Shown: positions 17,512 through 29,093, counted from the stretch's first letter. The stretch is DNA of 64,000 bases from Syntrophorhabdaceae bacterium (GCA_963665295.1 OY762209.1:2976001-3040000); one strand, 5' to 3'. Made by a program: numbers and translations. Notes: generated from the letters alone by a model not told the origin.

Positions 17512-17551
17512 GGATCGATGCCCCCGCTCCTATGGGCGAGGGCATCGATCC
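17512..17551. other. Strong intergenic hairpin downstream of eno
   Basis: 12-bp perfect stem GGATCGATGCCC/GGGCATCGATCC plus an inner stem; no U-tract. Confidence 0.6.
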
Positions 17552-17576
17552 TTCCTTAAGGCAGTGCCCCTTTTTG

Positions 17577-19043
<1,467 letters not shown>

Positions 19044-19045
19044 CT

Positions 19046-19660
19046 ATGAAGAGGGTATGTCTGATCGTTTTGTTCGCTCTCTGGAGCGTTGTGTTTGCGG
19101 CCCAGGGCTTTAGCCAGGAGACCGGGAAGGCTGGGGCCGGACCCGCCAAGGAGGACCCGGCGAAGGTCCGGAAGGCCGCAAAAGTGAAGGCGAGAGGCGG
19201 TTCGAGCTTTATAGGGGTAGTGGTCGGCGTGGACGAGACAACGAAGACTATCTCGTTGAAGGGGAGAGGAAGGATTATCACCTTCGATGCGTCGAGCCCC
19301 ACGTTCAGGGGGTTCAGAGGGCTTGAAGATGTGAGGGTCGGGAGTTACGCAGCGGTTTCCTATACCAAGGTCGGCACGAGGATTTCGAAGGCCACCAAAG
19401 GGGAGGCGGTCATGGGGCCGGAGAGGACCGACGAACGGCCCACGGCTGCAAGGAAGGAATCCAAAAAAAGGATAGCGAGGGTTCAGGAGAAAGGGATCGG
19501 TTTTTCCGACGTGGATGAAAACAAGGATGGGAAGATTACGCCCGTAGAGTTGAGCGTGGTGGTGTCGGACCTTACCATGGAACGGTTCAAAGAGTATGAC
19601 AAGAACGGGGACGGATGCCTCAGCCAATCCGAATACGGACTTGTAAAGGCAAGCAGATAG
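19046..19660 (+). CDS. Exported protein with two EF-hand-like loops
   Basis: Signal peptide; DENKDGKITPVE and DKNGDGCLSQSE. Confidence 0.7.
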   Translation: MKRVCLIVLFALWSVVFAAQGFSQETGKAGAGPAKEDPAKVRKAAKVKARGGSSFIGVVVGVDETTKTISLKGRGRIITFDASSPTFRGFRGLEDVRVGSYAAVSYTKVGTRISKATKGEAVMGPERTDERPTAARKESKKRIARVQEKGIGFSDVDENKDGKITPVELSVVVSDLTMERFKEYDKNGDGCLSQSEYGLVKASR

Positions 19661-19698
19661 CGTTTAGAACGGCACGGCCTCCTCTTTTCCGTGGATGG

Positions 19699-20544
19699 TC
19701 ATGACGACCGGCGCCGGGAGACTCTGCCGGTTTTCTTCTTGAGCGCCTTGGCGTAGGCCAGGACGGCATCCACGTAATTATCACAGTGGTTGTAGGACCA
19801 TATGGCCTTTCTCTCTTTTTCGGTATCCCCCGTCTCCCACCCGTGTTCCTTCAGGTAGTTCGCCACGCTCGCCATGGCATCGGCAAACCGGAAGAGGTCT
19901 ACGATCCCATCGTCGTTCCCGTCCGCCCCATAATTAAGGTAGGAACTGGGCACAAACTGGCAGAGACCGAATGCGCCGGCCCACGACCCCTTTACGGACA
20001 GGGGGTCGGTTTTGTTGGACCTCGTGAGAACGAGAAGGCTCACCAATTCTTTCTCCGCCCACCCGGACCGCCTGTTCTCCATGAGGGTCATGGTGAGGAG
20101 GCTGTTGAATACGGGGTAATGGCCCACGTAGTGACCAAAGTTGGTTTCGACCCGGTAAACAGAGACGAGGACCTCGGGTTCGACATTGTACCGCCCCAGG
20201 ATGGCTTTGAAAAGGGCGTTGTTTTCCTTGAGGATTTTCCGGCCCCGCTCCACGGACTTCCTGGTGAGGAGGCCGAATTTCCGGTTGAAATAGTTGAGTC
20301 CCTTGCCCTTTTTCTCCAGTATCCCGGGATAGAGCACGATACGTTCGTCGGAAAAGATGACCCGAATGTCCTCAACCGTGAACCCTTGGTCCTGAAGCAT
20401 TGTGCAGAGAGATTCTCTGCGGACGCAGATGTCCTCGCCCGTATTGTCCGCAGCGCAGGGAGGGGCGGAAAAAAGGAGGATCATCATAAAGGCGGAGAAT
20501 AACAGAGCGCCCTTTGCGAGTATCGTTACCCTGTTAGTTCCCAC
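19699..20544 (-). CDS. Lytic murein transglycosylase (MltB/SLT_2 family)
   Basis: VETNFG catalytic Glu, GSWAGAFGLCQFVPSSY, DGNDDG..DL, SVANYL, YNH. Confidence 0.9.
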   Translation of the reverse strand: MGTNRVTILAKGALLFSAFMMILLFSAPPCAADNTGEDICVRRESLCTMLQDQGFTVEDIRVIFSDERIVLYPGILEKKGKGLNYFNRKFGLLTRKSVERGRKILKENNALFKAILGRYNVEPEVLVSVYRVETNFGHYVGHYPVFNSLLTMTLMENRRSGWAEKELVSLLVLTRSNKTDPLSVKGSWAGAFGLCQFVPSSYLNYGADGNDDGIVDLFRFADAMASVANYLKEHGWETGDTEKERKAIWSYNHCDNYVDAVLAYAKALKKKTGRVSRRRSS

Positions 20545-20547
20545 CCT

Positions 20548-21618
20548 TTACCTTATACCTCGCGCGATCTTGGTGGCAAATATGCTTATGAGACCGCCCA
20601 TCATAAAATAGCCCAGAAAGACCTCCAATCCCGTGAGGAAGAGTGCCACCGGGGTACGGGGGATGATGTCACCAAATCCGAGTGTAGAAAAGGTCACCAC
20701 GCTGAAATAGAGCATCGATCCCAGTTTGAAGGGGAGGGTGGAGAGTTGGAAGCCTGGAGTTCCCAGGTGGAAGTATGTCAGACCGAAGAGAAAAATGATA
20801 AGGCATGACCAGACGCCCCAGCGGATAAAAGACCTTCCGCAGTCGGCAAGGACCCACCACGCCGTGCAAATGAGCCTTCCCTTCCGGGTTTCCATCAGTT
20901 CTTCGAGAAAATCCTGCCCCTTGAGAAAGTTTGTGAACCGCTGGCTTCCATAACAGGCGGCATGCACGCCCTTACAGCGGATCGTAGTGTTGAGGAGAAA
21001 ATCGTATCTTCGCCGCCACATTTCCGCGGGATTCATCCTCGTGCCCTTAAAGAGGCTCCAGAGAATGTTGCGGTCGAATTTGACGCCGGAGACGTTGGCC
21101 TTCTCCAGGTTGACCGCGGTAAAGTTCACGCCGGACAGGTCCGACTCCACGAGATCGGCGTTCGCGCAATCCGAGAAGGCGAGCATGACCTGCTCCATGT
21201 GCGTATGGGCCAAGTTCGCGTGACGCAGGTTTACGTCCTCCATGGAAGACCTTTTTAAAGACGCGCCCCGGAGGTCCGCTCTCCTCAGGGTGGCGAAGAG
21301 GAGCACCGCATCCTCGATATGGGCGAAGGCGAGGTTGGCTCTGTCGAGAGATGCGTGGGCCAGGTTTGCATGGCTGAGATTTGCATGAGTAAGGTTGGCT
21401 CTTCTGAGTCGGGCGGACGCGAGGTTGGTCTTCTTGAGGCTTGCCCCTGAAAGGTTGGCGCCATCAAGGACGGCATGGGAGAGATCAAACCCGTCAAGAT
21501 CGGCTTTCTGAAGGTCCGCTTCGCTGAGATCGACTGTTTTCTTCTTGTTCTTCCCTCTCCACCCGTTCCAGGCGTCCACGCCTTGCCGGAGAATGGAGAG
21601 TTGTTCTTCGTTCGGCAT
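20548..21618 (-). CDS. Pentapeptide-repeat protein with a C-terminal K+-channel pore domain
   Basis: Long A(D/N)Lxx repeats, then TM-pore-TM with YFSVVTFSTLGFGDIIP. Confidence 0.85.
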   Translation of the reverse strand: MPNEEQLSILRQGVDAWNGWRGKNKKKTVDLSEADLQKADLDGFDLSHAVLDGANLSGASLKKTNLASARLRRANLTHANLSHANLAHASLDRANLAFAHIEDAVLLFATLRRADLRGASLKRSSMEDVNLRHANLAHTHMEQVMLAFSDCANADLVESDLSGVNFTAVNLEKANVSGVKFDRNILWSLFKGTRMNPAEMWRRRYDFLLNTTIRCKGVHAACYGSQRFTNFLKGQDFLEELMETRKGRLICTAWWVLADCGRSFIRWGVWSCLIIFLFGLTYFHLGTPGFQLSTLPFKLGSMLYFSVVTFSTLGFGDIIPRTPVALFLTGLEVFLGYFMMGGLISIFATKIARGIR

Positions 21619-21872
21619 AATCGTCTCTCAGCCCCAATAGATTAGATTTGTACTCTAATTATGTATCCTTACTGCGGCGGAAAATCAATATGAATTTAGT
21701 GGTTCCTCCCGATACCCGTCAGGGAACATATTGAACGACTCTCCAGGGAGGATGCGGTTCCTCCCGGAACACCGTACGGCCGGTTTTCAGGTCAAAGGAG
21801 GGCAATCGGAGGGATGATCGATGGGAATGATGGAATGCGGCAGGAGGTGATACGATCAGGCCTTGCCGGTTC

Positions 21873-22235
21873 CTAAGGCTTGAGGTCCTGCCAGACACCC
21901 TTGATGGGTTTTTCATCCGTATAGTGATCGAACTGACCCACGTATCTGGAGGCGGTGAATCGCCACGGCGCCTCCACCATGGCCCTTGCGACAGGTTCTC
22001 CCAGACCCATGAGATAGGTAAGGGGTGATATAAGCAGGTATGCTGCCGTGGAAACCGCTGAACCGATCACGCAGACCGGTCTTACAAGCACTACATCGAG
22101 GATTTGCAGCCCCAGGGGTGGTTCTTGCTGCCTCGCCTGCCCACCGGACCGGGGACCCGTCTCAGCCGTGACCGGGCAGGTAAAGACGAATATTGACATG
22201 ATGATCAAGACGGAGAACAATAGCCTCTTTATCAA
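21873..22235 (-). CDS. Hypothetical exported/membrane protein
   Basis: Signal peptide; DVVLVRP...MVEAPWRFTASRYVG; GGGGAGG before TTG. Confidence 0.65.
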   Translation of the reverse strand: MIKRLLFSVLIIMSIFVFTCPVTAETGPRSGGQARQQEPPLGLQILDVVLVRPVCVIGSAVSTAAYLLISPLTYLMGLGEPVARAMVEAPWRFTASRYVGQFDHYTDEKPIKGVWQDLKP

Positions 22236-22516
22236 GAACCTTCCTCCCCATTTCTCTTAATAAATCAAAGCATTGTTTTCCCGTGGGTCAATAGGTTGAA
22301 CTGCATTTTTGGAATAAATACCACAAAAGACAGTCAACTGCTCATATCAAGTCCATGATTGGAGGAAAGGCCTGGCCGGAGACGGGAAGGTTTTCTCTGT
22401 GCGCGGGCCTTACGCTATGGGAGGGCCGGGTCATTGCAACGCCTGTCGTGCAGGTGAAGGAACCAACCGGCCTCCCCTTCGGGTATGGGCATCCGCCGTT
22501 TACGCAGCCGGGACAA

Positions 22517-23848
22517 CTATCGGGTCCTTCGTCTCTCCGCGGAGGGGGACGCGGCCATTCCCGGTTTGGCCGTGGGCCGGGCTGGACCGTGGGCCGGGCG
22601 CGGCCTGGACGGCCGGGTTACGGCCGCGGGGCGTAGGCCGGTCTGTTCCGGTTTCGGCTGCCGGGGTCCTCGATGCTGAGGCTCACGCGGGGGGCGCGCA
22701 AATTCATTATTCCTTGCAGGCGCCGGTTCCCTGTAGTTGAAGTCAGGCAGCACACGGCGCTCGATCTTTTCCCCGAGCACCCGCTCGATGCTCTTGACCA
22801 GGGATTCATCCTCGCCGCTCACGAAGGTGAAGGCATCGCCGGTCTTTGCGGCGCGTCCGGTCCTGCCTATGCGGTGAGTGTAAGCGTCGGTGGTATCCGG
22901 CATGTCATAGTTGATGACGTGGGATATAGTCGAGACATCGATACCGCGGGCAGCGATGTCGGTAGCCACCAATATCTGGTACGACCCGTTGCGGAAGCCG
23001 TCGAGGGCATCCTGGCGTCTGTTCTGTGACAGGTTTCCCTGGAGTGAGGCGGCCCTGTACCCGGCTTTTTCGAGTTGCTGACCTATCCGTTTGGCCCGAT
23101 GCTTGGTGCGGGTGAAGATAAGGATCGATTCCGTGCTGGTGTGTTTCAGAAGTTCCATGAGGAGGCCGGTCTTGAGGTGCTGCTCAACAGGGTAGATGGC
23201 GTGGGACACGGTGTTCGGCGGGGCCGAGTGGCCGACTTTTACCGTGACCGGATTATGCAGGACTTCGTCCGTCAGCTTTCGGATGCTGTCGGCCATGGTG
23301 GCGGAGAACATCAGGGTCTGGCGTTTTGGCGGCAATTGTTTGATGATGCGCCGGATATCAGGAAGGAAGCCCATGTCGAACATGCGGTCCGCTTCGTCAA
23401 GGACAAGGACTTCGAGATTCGAAAGGCTGATTGTCTTCTGGTTGAGGTGATCGAGTAACCGGCCGGGACAGGCGACGACGATATCGACACCGGCGCGGAG
23501 TTTCTGGACCTGGGGGTTCACGCCTACACCGCCGTATATGGTGCAGCTTTTCAGGTGTGTGTCGCGTCCCAGTTCTCCGATCGATACATGGATCTGTTCC
23601 GCGAGTTCGCGGGTGGGGGCGATGATCAGGGTGCGGACCTTGCCGCGCGGGCCTGGAAACAGCCGGTCCAGAATGGGCAGTACAAAGGCCGCCGTTTTCC
23701 CGGTTCCGGTCTGGGCGAGGCCCATAACGTCTTTGCCCGCGAGGACCGGCGGGATGGCTTGCATCTGGATCGGAGTGGGAATTTCGTAGCCGAGTGCTTT
23801 GACACCGGCCGTTATTTTCGGATGAAGCTTGAATGAACTAAAACCCAT
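22517..23848 (-). CDS. DEAD-box RNA helicase (RhlE-like)
   Basis: Q motif, AQTGTGKT, PTRELA, DEAD, SAT, ARGID, HRIGRTGR. Confidence 0.96.
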   Translation of the reverse strand: MGFSSFKLHPKITAGVKALGYEIPTPIQMQAIPPVLAGKDVMGLAQTGTGKTAAFVLPILDRLFPGPRGKVRTLIIAPTRELAEQIHVSIGELGRDTHLKSCTIYGGVGVNPQVQKLRAGVDIVVACPGRLLDHLNQKTISLSNLEVLVLDEADRMFDMGFLPDIRRIIKQLPPKRQTLMFSATMADSIRKLTDEVLHNPVTVKVGHSAPPNTVSHAIYPVEQHLKTGLLMELLKHTSTESILIFTRTKHRAKRIGQQLEKAGYRAASLQGNLSQNRRQDALDGFRNGSYQILVATDIAARGIDVSTISHVINYDMPDTTDAYTHRIGRTGRAAKTGDAFTFVSGEDESLVKSIERVLGEKIERRVLPDFNYREPAPARNNEFARPPREPQHRGPRQPKPEQTGLRPAAVTRPSRPRPAHGPARPTAKPGMAASPSAERRRTR

Positions 23849-24127
23849 GGCACCTTCTTTATTAAGAGTATTTAGTAGCTGAGCGGAATATGACCGAAGG
23901 TTATCGTGTTACGAAACGTTTTGGACGACCTGTTGAATGACCTTCTCGTGCAATCTCTGGCCATTACCTCATTACTTGTTAATAATATAAGCTTATTCAC
24001 GGGCCCCGTCAATCGATTTCCGACAATCGTCGGTCCCGGGGCCTTCATGGGCGCCAAAACCGTCGGTATCTGTTGATTTTTTTTGATTCATTTATTACAA
24101 TGCTAAAAATCTCAAAAAGGAGACGAT

Positions 24128-24460
24128 ATGGAGATAAGCGCGACTGAAAAAAACAATGCCGTCATCCTCTCGGTTAAGGGACGGATGGATGCGGTGACTT
24201 CCCCACAGTTTGATAAAGCGTTCTCTGAACTCGTTGCGAAGGGCAATCGTTCTTTTCTCCTCAACATGGATAACCTGGAGTACATAAGCAGCGCAGGTCT
24301 CCGGAGCATTCTTGCCGCCGCAAAGCAGTTGAAGGAGAAGCAGGGAACCATACTCTTCGCCGGATTGCACGGCCCGGTCGAGGAAGTGTTCAAGATATCG
24401 GGCTTCTATTCCATATTCCAGGTTTTTGAGTCTGAGGGGGATGCCCTTCAACACATATAA
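24128..24460 (+). CDS. STAS anti-anti-sigma factor (RsbV/SpoIIAA-like)
   Basis: GRMDA, LEYISSAGLR phospho-Ser motif, VFKISGF. Confidence 0.92.
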   Translation: MEISATEKNNAVILSVKGRMDAVTSPQFDKAFSELVAKGNRSFLLNMDNLEYISSAGLRSILAAAKQLKEKQGTILFAGLHGPVEEVFKISGFYSIFQVFESEGDALQHI

Positions 24461-24466
24461 CAGGCT

Positions 24467-24901
24467 ATGACGGAAGCCTCGTTACATGTAGTGATGCCGG
24501 CGAGACTGGAGAATCTCGAGGCTCTGGTGGCACATGTTGCGGAATGTGCGAGGGGAGCGGGATTTGACCCCAAGAAGATCTCGGAGGTTGAAATTGCTGC
24601 GGAAGAAGCCCTGGTAAATGTAGTCAACTATGCGTACCAGGGAGAGGCGGGTAATGTGCGTGTCGGGTGCAGTCTTGAGGAGGGTGACCGATTTGTCATA
24701 GAGATAAAGGACTCGGGAATTCCCTTCGATCCACTGTCTCAGGCTGATCCCGACATCTCTTCCGACGTGTTGCACCGCAAGATAGGCGGACTGGGGATTT
24801 TCCTCATCAGAAAACTGATGGACGATGTGAGCTATCGATACGATAAGGGGGAAAACGTCCTGACCCTCGAAATACGCAAGGGAAGAGGTCCATCAAAATA
24901 A
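24467..24901 (+). CDS. Anti-sigma factor Ser kinase (RsbW-like)
   Basis: EEALVNVVNYAY, DSGIPFDP, GGLGIFLIRKLMD. Confidence 0.9.
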   Translation: MTEASLHVVMPARLENLEALVAHVAECARGAGFDPKKISEVEIAAEEALVNVVNYAYQGEAGNVRVGCSLEEGDRFVIEIKDSGIPFDPLSQADPDISSDVLHRKIGGLGIFLIRKLMDDVSYRYDKGENVLTLEIRKGRGPSK

Positions 24902-24951
24902 CGGGGCCCGGCGATGGGGCGTAATGCCGGTGCTTCCGGGAAGGCACAATC

Positions 24952-26466
24952 ATGAACACATTCAATGAAAAATCAAACCTGACCGTACCTAACGACCTCA
25001 GCTATCTTCCGGCCATTCAGGCTTACGCGAAAGAGATAGCGGGCAAACTGGGTTTCAACGAGTCTGATAAGGCCAAGATACTCCTGGCCCTTGAGGAGGC
25101 GGTGGTCAATGTCGTACAGCACGCCTTCGAAGCAGGGGAAAGAGAGTCCTATGAGATAATATTCGAGCCCGTTACCGAAGGGATAAAGGTTGTGATCAAG
25201 GACAAGGGCATACCTTTTGACCCCGGCATGGTCCCCGAATACTCGGCGCCCGTTGATGTGGGCGAGGTCCCTGCGGGCCTCGGCTCTTACCTGATGAAAA
25301 CGAGCGTTGACCGGTTCGAGTTTCATAACCTCGGGAGAGAGGGTAAGGAAATCCATCTCATCAAGTATCTGCCCTATAAGAGTATTGTCGATCTCCACGA
25401 CGCCTCAGAGTTGGAGCGCTATGAGGCGCCCACCGAAGCCAAACCCGCTCCGGCGAAAAAAGACTATGAAATAAGGCCGATGAAACTGTCCGAAGCCCTG
25501 GAGGTATCGAGACTCTTTTACAGGGCATATGGGTACTCCTATGGGATCGAGTCCATATACTATCCGGACCGGTTCACCAAGCTCCATGAGGACGGCGCCA
25601 TCACCTCCGTGGTGACGGCGGCGGACAACGAGGTTGTGGGCCATGTCGCCCTGGTAAAGGAGCACAAAGAGAGTATGATCGCCGAGGCCGCAATGGCGGT
25701 GGTGAGGCCCGATTTCAGGGGTCAGGGATGTCAGAACGAGATGATACAGACACTGCTTCAAACGGCCCGGGAGATAGGGCTCGCCGCCATTTTCAGCAAA
25801 GCCGTGACGAACCATCCCTATGCCCAGAAGGCCGGGCAGAAGGCGGGATTCAAAAGGTGCGCCCTTGTGCTTGGCCTGATACCCGCGGACCGGTCGTTCA
25901 AGGGCATACACGCGACTCTTGCGCAGCGCGAAACCGTGATATACGGCTTCCTGCCCCTTCAGAACCCGTCAGGGATCACCGTATATCCCCCTCCCCACCA
26001 CCGGGAGTTTATAGAGTTCATCTACGGCCACCTTGGCCTTGACCGGAATATCGAAGCGCCCGGTGCCGCGGTTGTGGGACAGTCCGCGCCCCAGGACGAG
26101 ACGTCCGCCATCACCACTTCCGTGATCTCCACCTATAACAGGGCGATAATAATCGTCCAACGGTATGGAAAGTATATCGTGAACGAGGTGAAAGGCATTC
26201 TGAAAGATCTTTGCCTCAAGAAGACCGACCAGATTACCTTCTACCTGCCCCTTCAGGACCCTTCCACCGGATTGCTCTGCGAGGAGTTCGAGAAACTCGG
26301 TTTCTTCATTGCGGGCATTCTGCCTTTCTATGACCTGGGAGATGTTCTCATCCTTCAATACCTCAATAATGTGTCCATCGATTACGCGAGTATCCAGGTG
26401 GCCTCCGAGGCTGCCCTGAAGATCGTCTCTTACATAAAGGAACGCGACCCGAACGTCACCACGTGA
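24952..26466 (+). CDS. RsbW-like HATPase fused to a GNAT acetyltransferase
   Basis: EEAVVNVVQHAF, DKGIPFDP, GLGSYLM; then VVRPDFRGQG acetyl-CoA motif and KAGF. Confidence 0.8.
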   Translation: MNTFNEKSNLTVPNDLSYLPAIQAYAKEIAGKLGFNESDKAKILLALEEAVVNVVQHAFEAGERESYEIIFEPVTEGIKVVIKDKGIPFDPGMVPEYSAPVDVGEVPAGLGSYLMKTSVDRFEFHNLGREGKEIHLIKYLPYKSIVDLHDASELERYEAPTEAKPAPAKKDYEIRPMKLSEALEVSRLFYRAYGYSYGIESIYYPDRFTKLHEDGAITSVVTAADNEVVGHVALVKEHKESMIAEAAMAVVRPDFRGQGCQNEMIQTLLQTAREIGLAAIFSKAVTNHPYAQKAGQKAGFKRCALVLGLIPADRSFKGIHATLAQRETVIYGFLPLQNPSGITVYPPPHHREFIEFIYGHLGLDRNIEAPGAAVVGQSAPQDETSAITTSVISTYNRAIIIVQRYGKYIVNEVKGILKDLCLKKTDQITFYLPLQDPSTGLLCEEFEKLGFFIAGILPFYDLGDVLILQYLNNVSIDYASIQVASEAALKIVSYIKERDPNVTT

Positions 26467-26500
26467 CGACCAGGGGTCGAATCTATCGGAATCCGGCGCG

Positions 26501-26536
26501 ACCTCGCCCTCGATTGAGGGCGAGGTTCTCTTTTTT
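26501..26536 (+). terminator. Rho-independent terminator
   Basis: ACCTCGCCCTC-gatt-GAGGGCGAGGT followed by TCTCTTTTTT. Confidence 0.8.
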
Positions 26537-26542
26537 GGTTTT

Positions 26543-27973
26543 TTATATCTTCTTTTGCTGTTTCACCAGCAGGGAACAGACTAGGGCGACGGCGCAAACC
26601 AGACCGCCAAGGACATAGGCATTACGAAATCCCCCGAGGAGAAGCCCCGGAGGTACCGAGCTTAAGGATTTGGCCGCTGCTTTTCCAGGCAAGCCGGCAG
26701 AAAAGACCGTCTCGAAGAGGGCTACGCCGATCACCATGCCGAGGTTCATGACAGTGTTGAAAACCCCGGACGCGCTGCCCTGTTTCCCCGCCACTGCGAA
26801 CATCATGACCTGCTTGTTGTTGGGGGAGAAGAAAAGGACGTATGAAAATCCCAGCCAGATAAGGAAGAGGAAGGCGGGCCAGAGGCCGCCGCATCCGAGA
26901 GTGAAAGCGAAGGTAAGGGAACAGAGCGCTCCGGACGACATGGCGATGCAACAGAGGGTCCTTGGGGAGACTCTGTCGGCCAGCCTGCCTGCGGAGGACG
27001 AGAAGAACACGTAGATGAGGGAGTACGTGAGGAGGACCATGCCGGTCTGCTTGGTGTCCAACCCCTTTACGAACTCAAGGTAAAAGGGGAGGAGGAAGGC
27101 GTTGCCGGTGATCAGTATATAGGCCATGAAGGTCGCTATTATGGTAAGGGTAAACCGGAGGTTGGTGAAAAATTTGAGGTCGAGGAGGGGGTCCTTGCAG
27201 GTTTTTTCCCGCCGGATAAAGAGCCCGAGCAGCACCGCCGCGACCAGGAACGTGAGACCCACCCTGGGCGATATCCAACCAAGTTCCTCCCCTGTATTCA
27301 AGGCGAAGAGAAGGATGAGAAGGCCCAGGAAACTGAGCGTCGCTCCGGGTATGTCGAAGCTTTTCTTTCCGTTTTCGCCCGTCACTTCCCGGGGTCCGTC
27401 CTCCGGGATCATCTTCGCGGCCACGATTATGGCGGCGATACCTACCGGAACATTTATGTAGAATATCCAGTGCCAGGAGAGGTATGCGGTTATGATGCCC
27501 CCAAGAGGCGCTCCCGTGGCTACTCCCAGGGCCGAACTTGTGGACGTGATGCCGAAAGCCCATCCCGTGATATCCTGGGGGAGAAACTTGGAGATGATCG
27601 CGTAACCCGAGGCGAGGAGCATGGCGCTTCCTATCGCCTGGAGGCACCGGAAGCCTACGAGGACGTGGATGTTGCCCGATATGCCGCACAGCATGGACCC
27701 GAAGACGAAAAGGGCATATCCGGATATGAAAACCCTCTTTAAGCCGATCTTGTCCGCAAGCCTGCCGAAGAGAAGGAGGGTGCTCGTAATGATCAGGAGG
27801 TACACCACTACCACCCGTGATACTTCGTTCGTTCCTATACCGAAATTTTCCGCGATGGTGGGGAGGGAAATGTTGATGATATAGTTGTTGAGTCTCGACA
27901 TAAAGGAACAGAAGGCCACACTTATTACTATCCAGAGTTGAGTTGATTTATCGGTGACGAGACGGTCTTCCAT
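26543..27973 (-). CDS. MFS efflux transporter (DHA2/EmrB-like)
   Basis: GRLADKIGLK motif A, WHWIFYINVPVG, about 14 TMs. Confidence 0.9.
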   Translation of the reverse strand: MEDRLVTDKSTQLWIVISVAFCSFMSRLNNYIINISLPTIAENFGIGTNEVSRVVVVYLLIITSTLLLFGRLADKIGLKRVFISGYALFVFGSMLCGISGNIHVLVGFRCLQAIGSAMLLASGYAIISKFLPQDITGWAFGITSTSSALGVATGAPLGGIITAYLSWHWIFYINVPVGIAAIIVAAKMIPEDGPREVTGENGKKSFDIPGATLSFLGLLILLFALNTGEELGWISPRVGLTFLVAAVLLGLFIRREKTCKDPLLDLKFFTNLRFTLTIIATFMAYILITGNAFLLPFYLEFVKGLDTKQTGMVLLTYSLIYVFFSSSAGRLADRVSPRTLCCIAMSSGALCSLTFAFTLGCGGLWPAFLFLIWLGFSYVLFFSPNNKQVMMFAVAGKQGSASGVFNTVMNLGMVIGVALFETVFSAGLPGKAAAKSLSSVPPGLLLGGFRNAYVLGGLVCAVALVCSLLVKQQKKI

Positions 27974-28086
27974 ATCTTTCCGTGTGGTATAGGTTGTAGA
28001 ATATCAGCCATGCTTTTTCAAGCCTTTTTTCCGGCTTGCCCTTTTGGGCCCTTTATAATACGGGCACTATTTGTTATGATTCCCCT

Positions 28087-28983
28087 ATGAAGCGGATAGG
28101 GGTGGACCTTGGAGGCACCAAGATAGAGGTGGTCGCCTTGGGGGAGGGCGGAGAAGAGCTTGTACGCCGGCGCGTGCCGACGCCCGCAGGCGACTACGGG
28201 GCGATCCTCCAGGCGGTGGCCGACCTCGTACGGACGGCCGAAGAGGAGCTCGGAGAGAAAGGGACCATAGGAATAGGCACGCCGGGGGCCATATCGAGGA
28301 GTACGGGTTTTCTCAAGAACTCCAATTCCACCTGCCTTAACGGCCGCCCGTTTCAGGCCGACCTTACGGCTCTTCTCGGGCGGCCGGTGCGCATAAGCAA
28401 TGACGCGAACTGCTTTGCCCTCTCGGAGGCCACCTACGGCTCTGCCCGCGGAGCTGAAACGGTTTTCGGCGTGATCGTGGGAACAGGAACAGGGGGAGGC
28501 GTCGTAATCAGGGGTCACGTGCTGACCGGAGTAAACGGCATTGCCGGAGAATGGGGCCACAATCCCCTGCCGTGGCCGAGGGATGGCGAGACCCCCGGAC
28601 CTTTGTGTTACTGCGGCAAGGGGGGATGTATAGAAACGTTCCTCTCCGGACCGGGAATGTCGAAAGACCACCTGCGGACATTCGGGGAGAGACTCGAACC
28701 TCCGGTCATAGCCGCCCGTGCAGGGAAGGGGGATGTCCGTTGCGAGGAGACCCTCAGGCGCTACGAAGACCGGATGGCCCGTTCCCTTGCGGGGGTCATC
28801 AACATACTTGACCCCGATGTGATTGTTCTTGGGGGAGGTATGTCCAAGATTGCCCGCTTGTACGAAAACGTTCCCCTCCTCTGGACTCAATATGTGTTCT
28901 CCGACAGGGTCGATACATTGCTCGTTGCGCCGGAACATGGAGATTCGAGCGGCGTGAGGGGGGCGGCGCTGCTCTGGGAATGA
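28087..28983 (+). CDS. ROK-family sugar kinase (fructokinase Mak-like)
   Basis: DLGGTK, NDANCFALSE, GTGTGGG, GEWGH, CYCGKGGCIE. Confidence 0.9.
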   Translation: MKRIGVDLGGTKIEVVALGEGGEELVRRRVPTPAGDYGAILQAVADLVRTAEEELGEKGTIGIGTPGAISRSTGFLKNSNSTCLNGRPFQADLTALLGRPVRISNDANCFALSEATYGSARGAETVFGVIVGTGTGGGVVIRGHVLTGVNGIAGEWGHNPLPWPRDGETPGPLCYCGKGGCIETFLSGPGMSKDHLRTFGERLEPPVIAARAGKGDVRCEETLRRYEDRMARSLAGVINILDPDVIVLGGGMSKIARLYENVPLLWTQYVFSDRVDTLLVAPEHGDSSGVRGAALLWE

Positions 28984-29093
28984 GTGATGTTTTACCACCC
29001 CGTCATACCATTCTTGCGGGTAAGGTTGTATAATATACGGATTGCAGCGATCTTATGAGGATAAAAGGAGCGAGCGTGGAATCTGAGGGCAAG

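Noticed and set aside
21060..21540. 15-bp periodicity
   Set aside because: Explained by pentapeptide-repeat coding; not a CRISPR array or DNA repeat
22350..22516. Possible c-di-GMP riboswitch or read-through extension after the DEAD-box helicase
   Set aside because: GEMM core motifs absent; only weak similarity to the helicase's low-complexity tail
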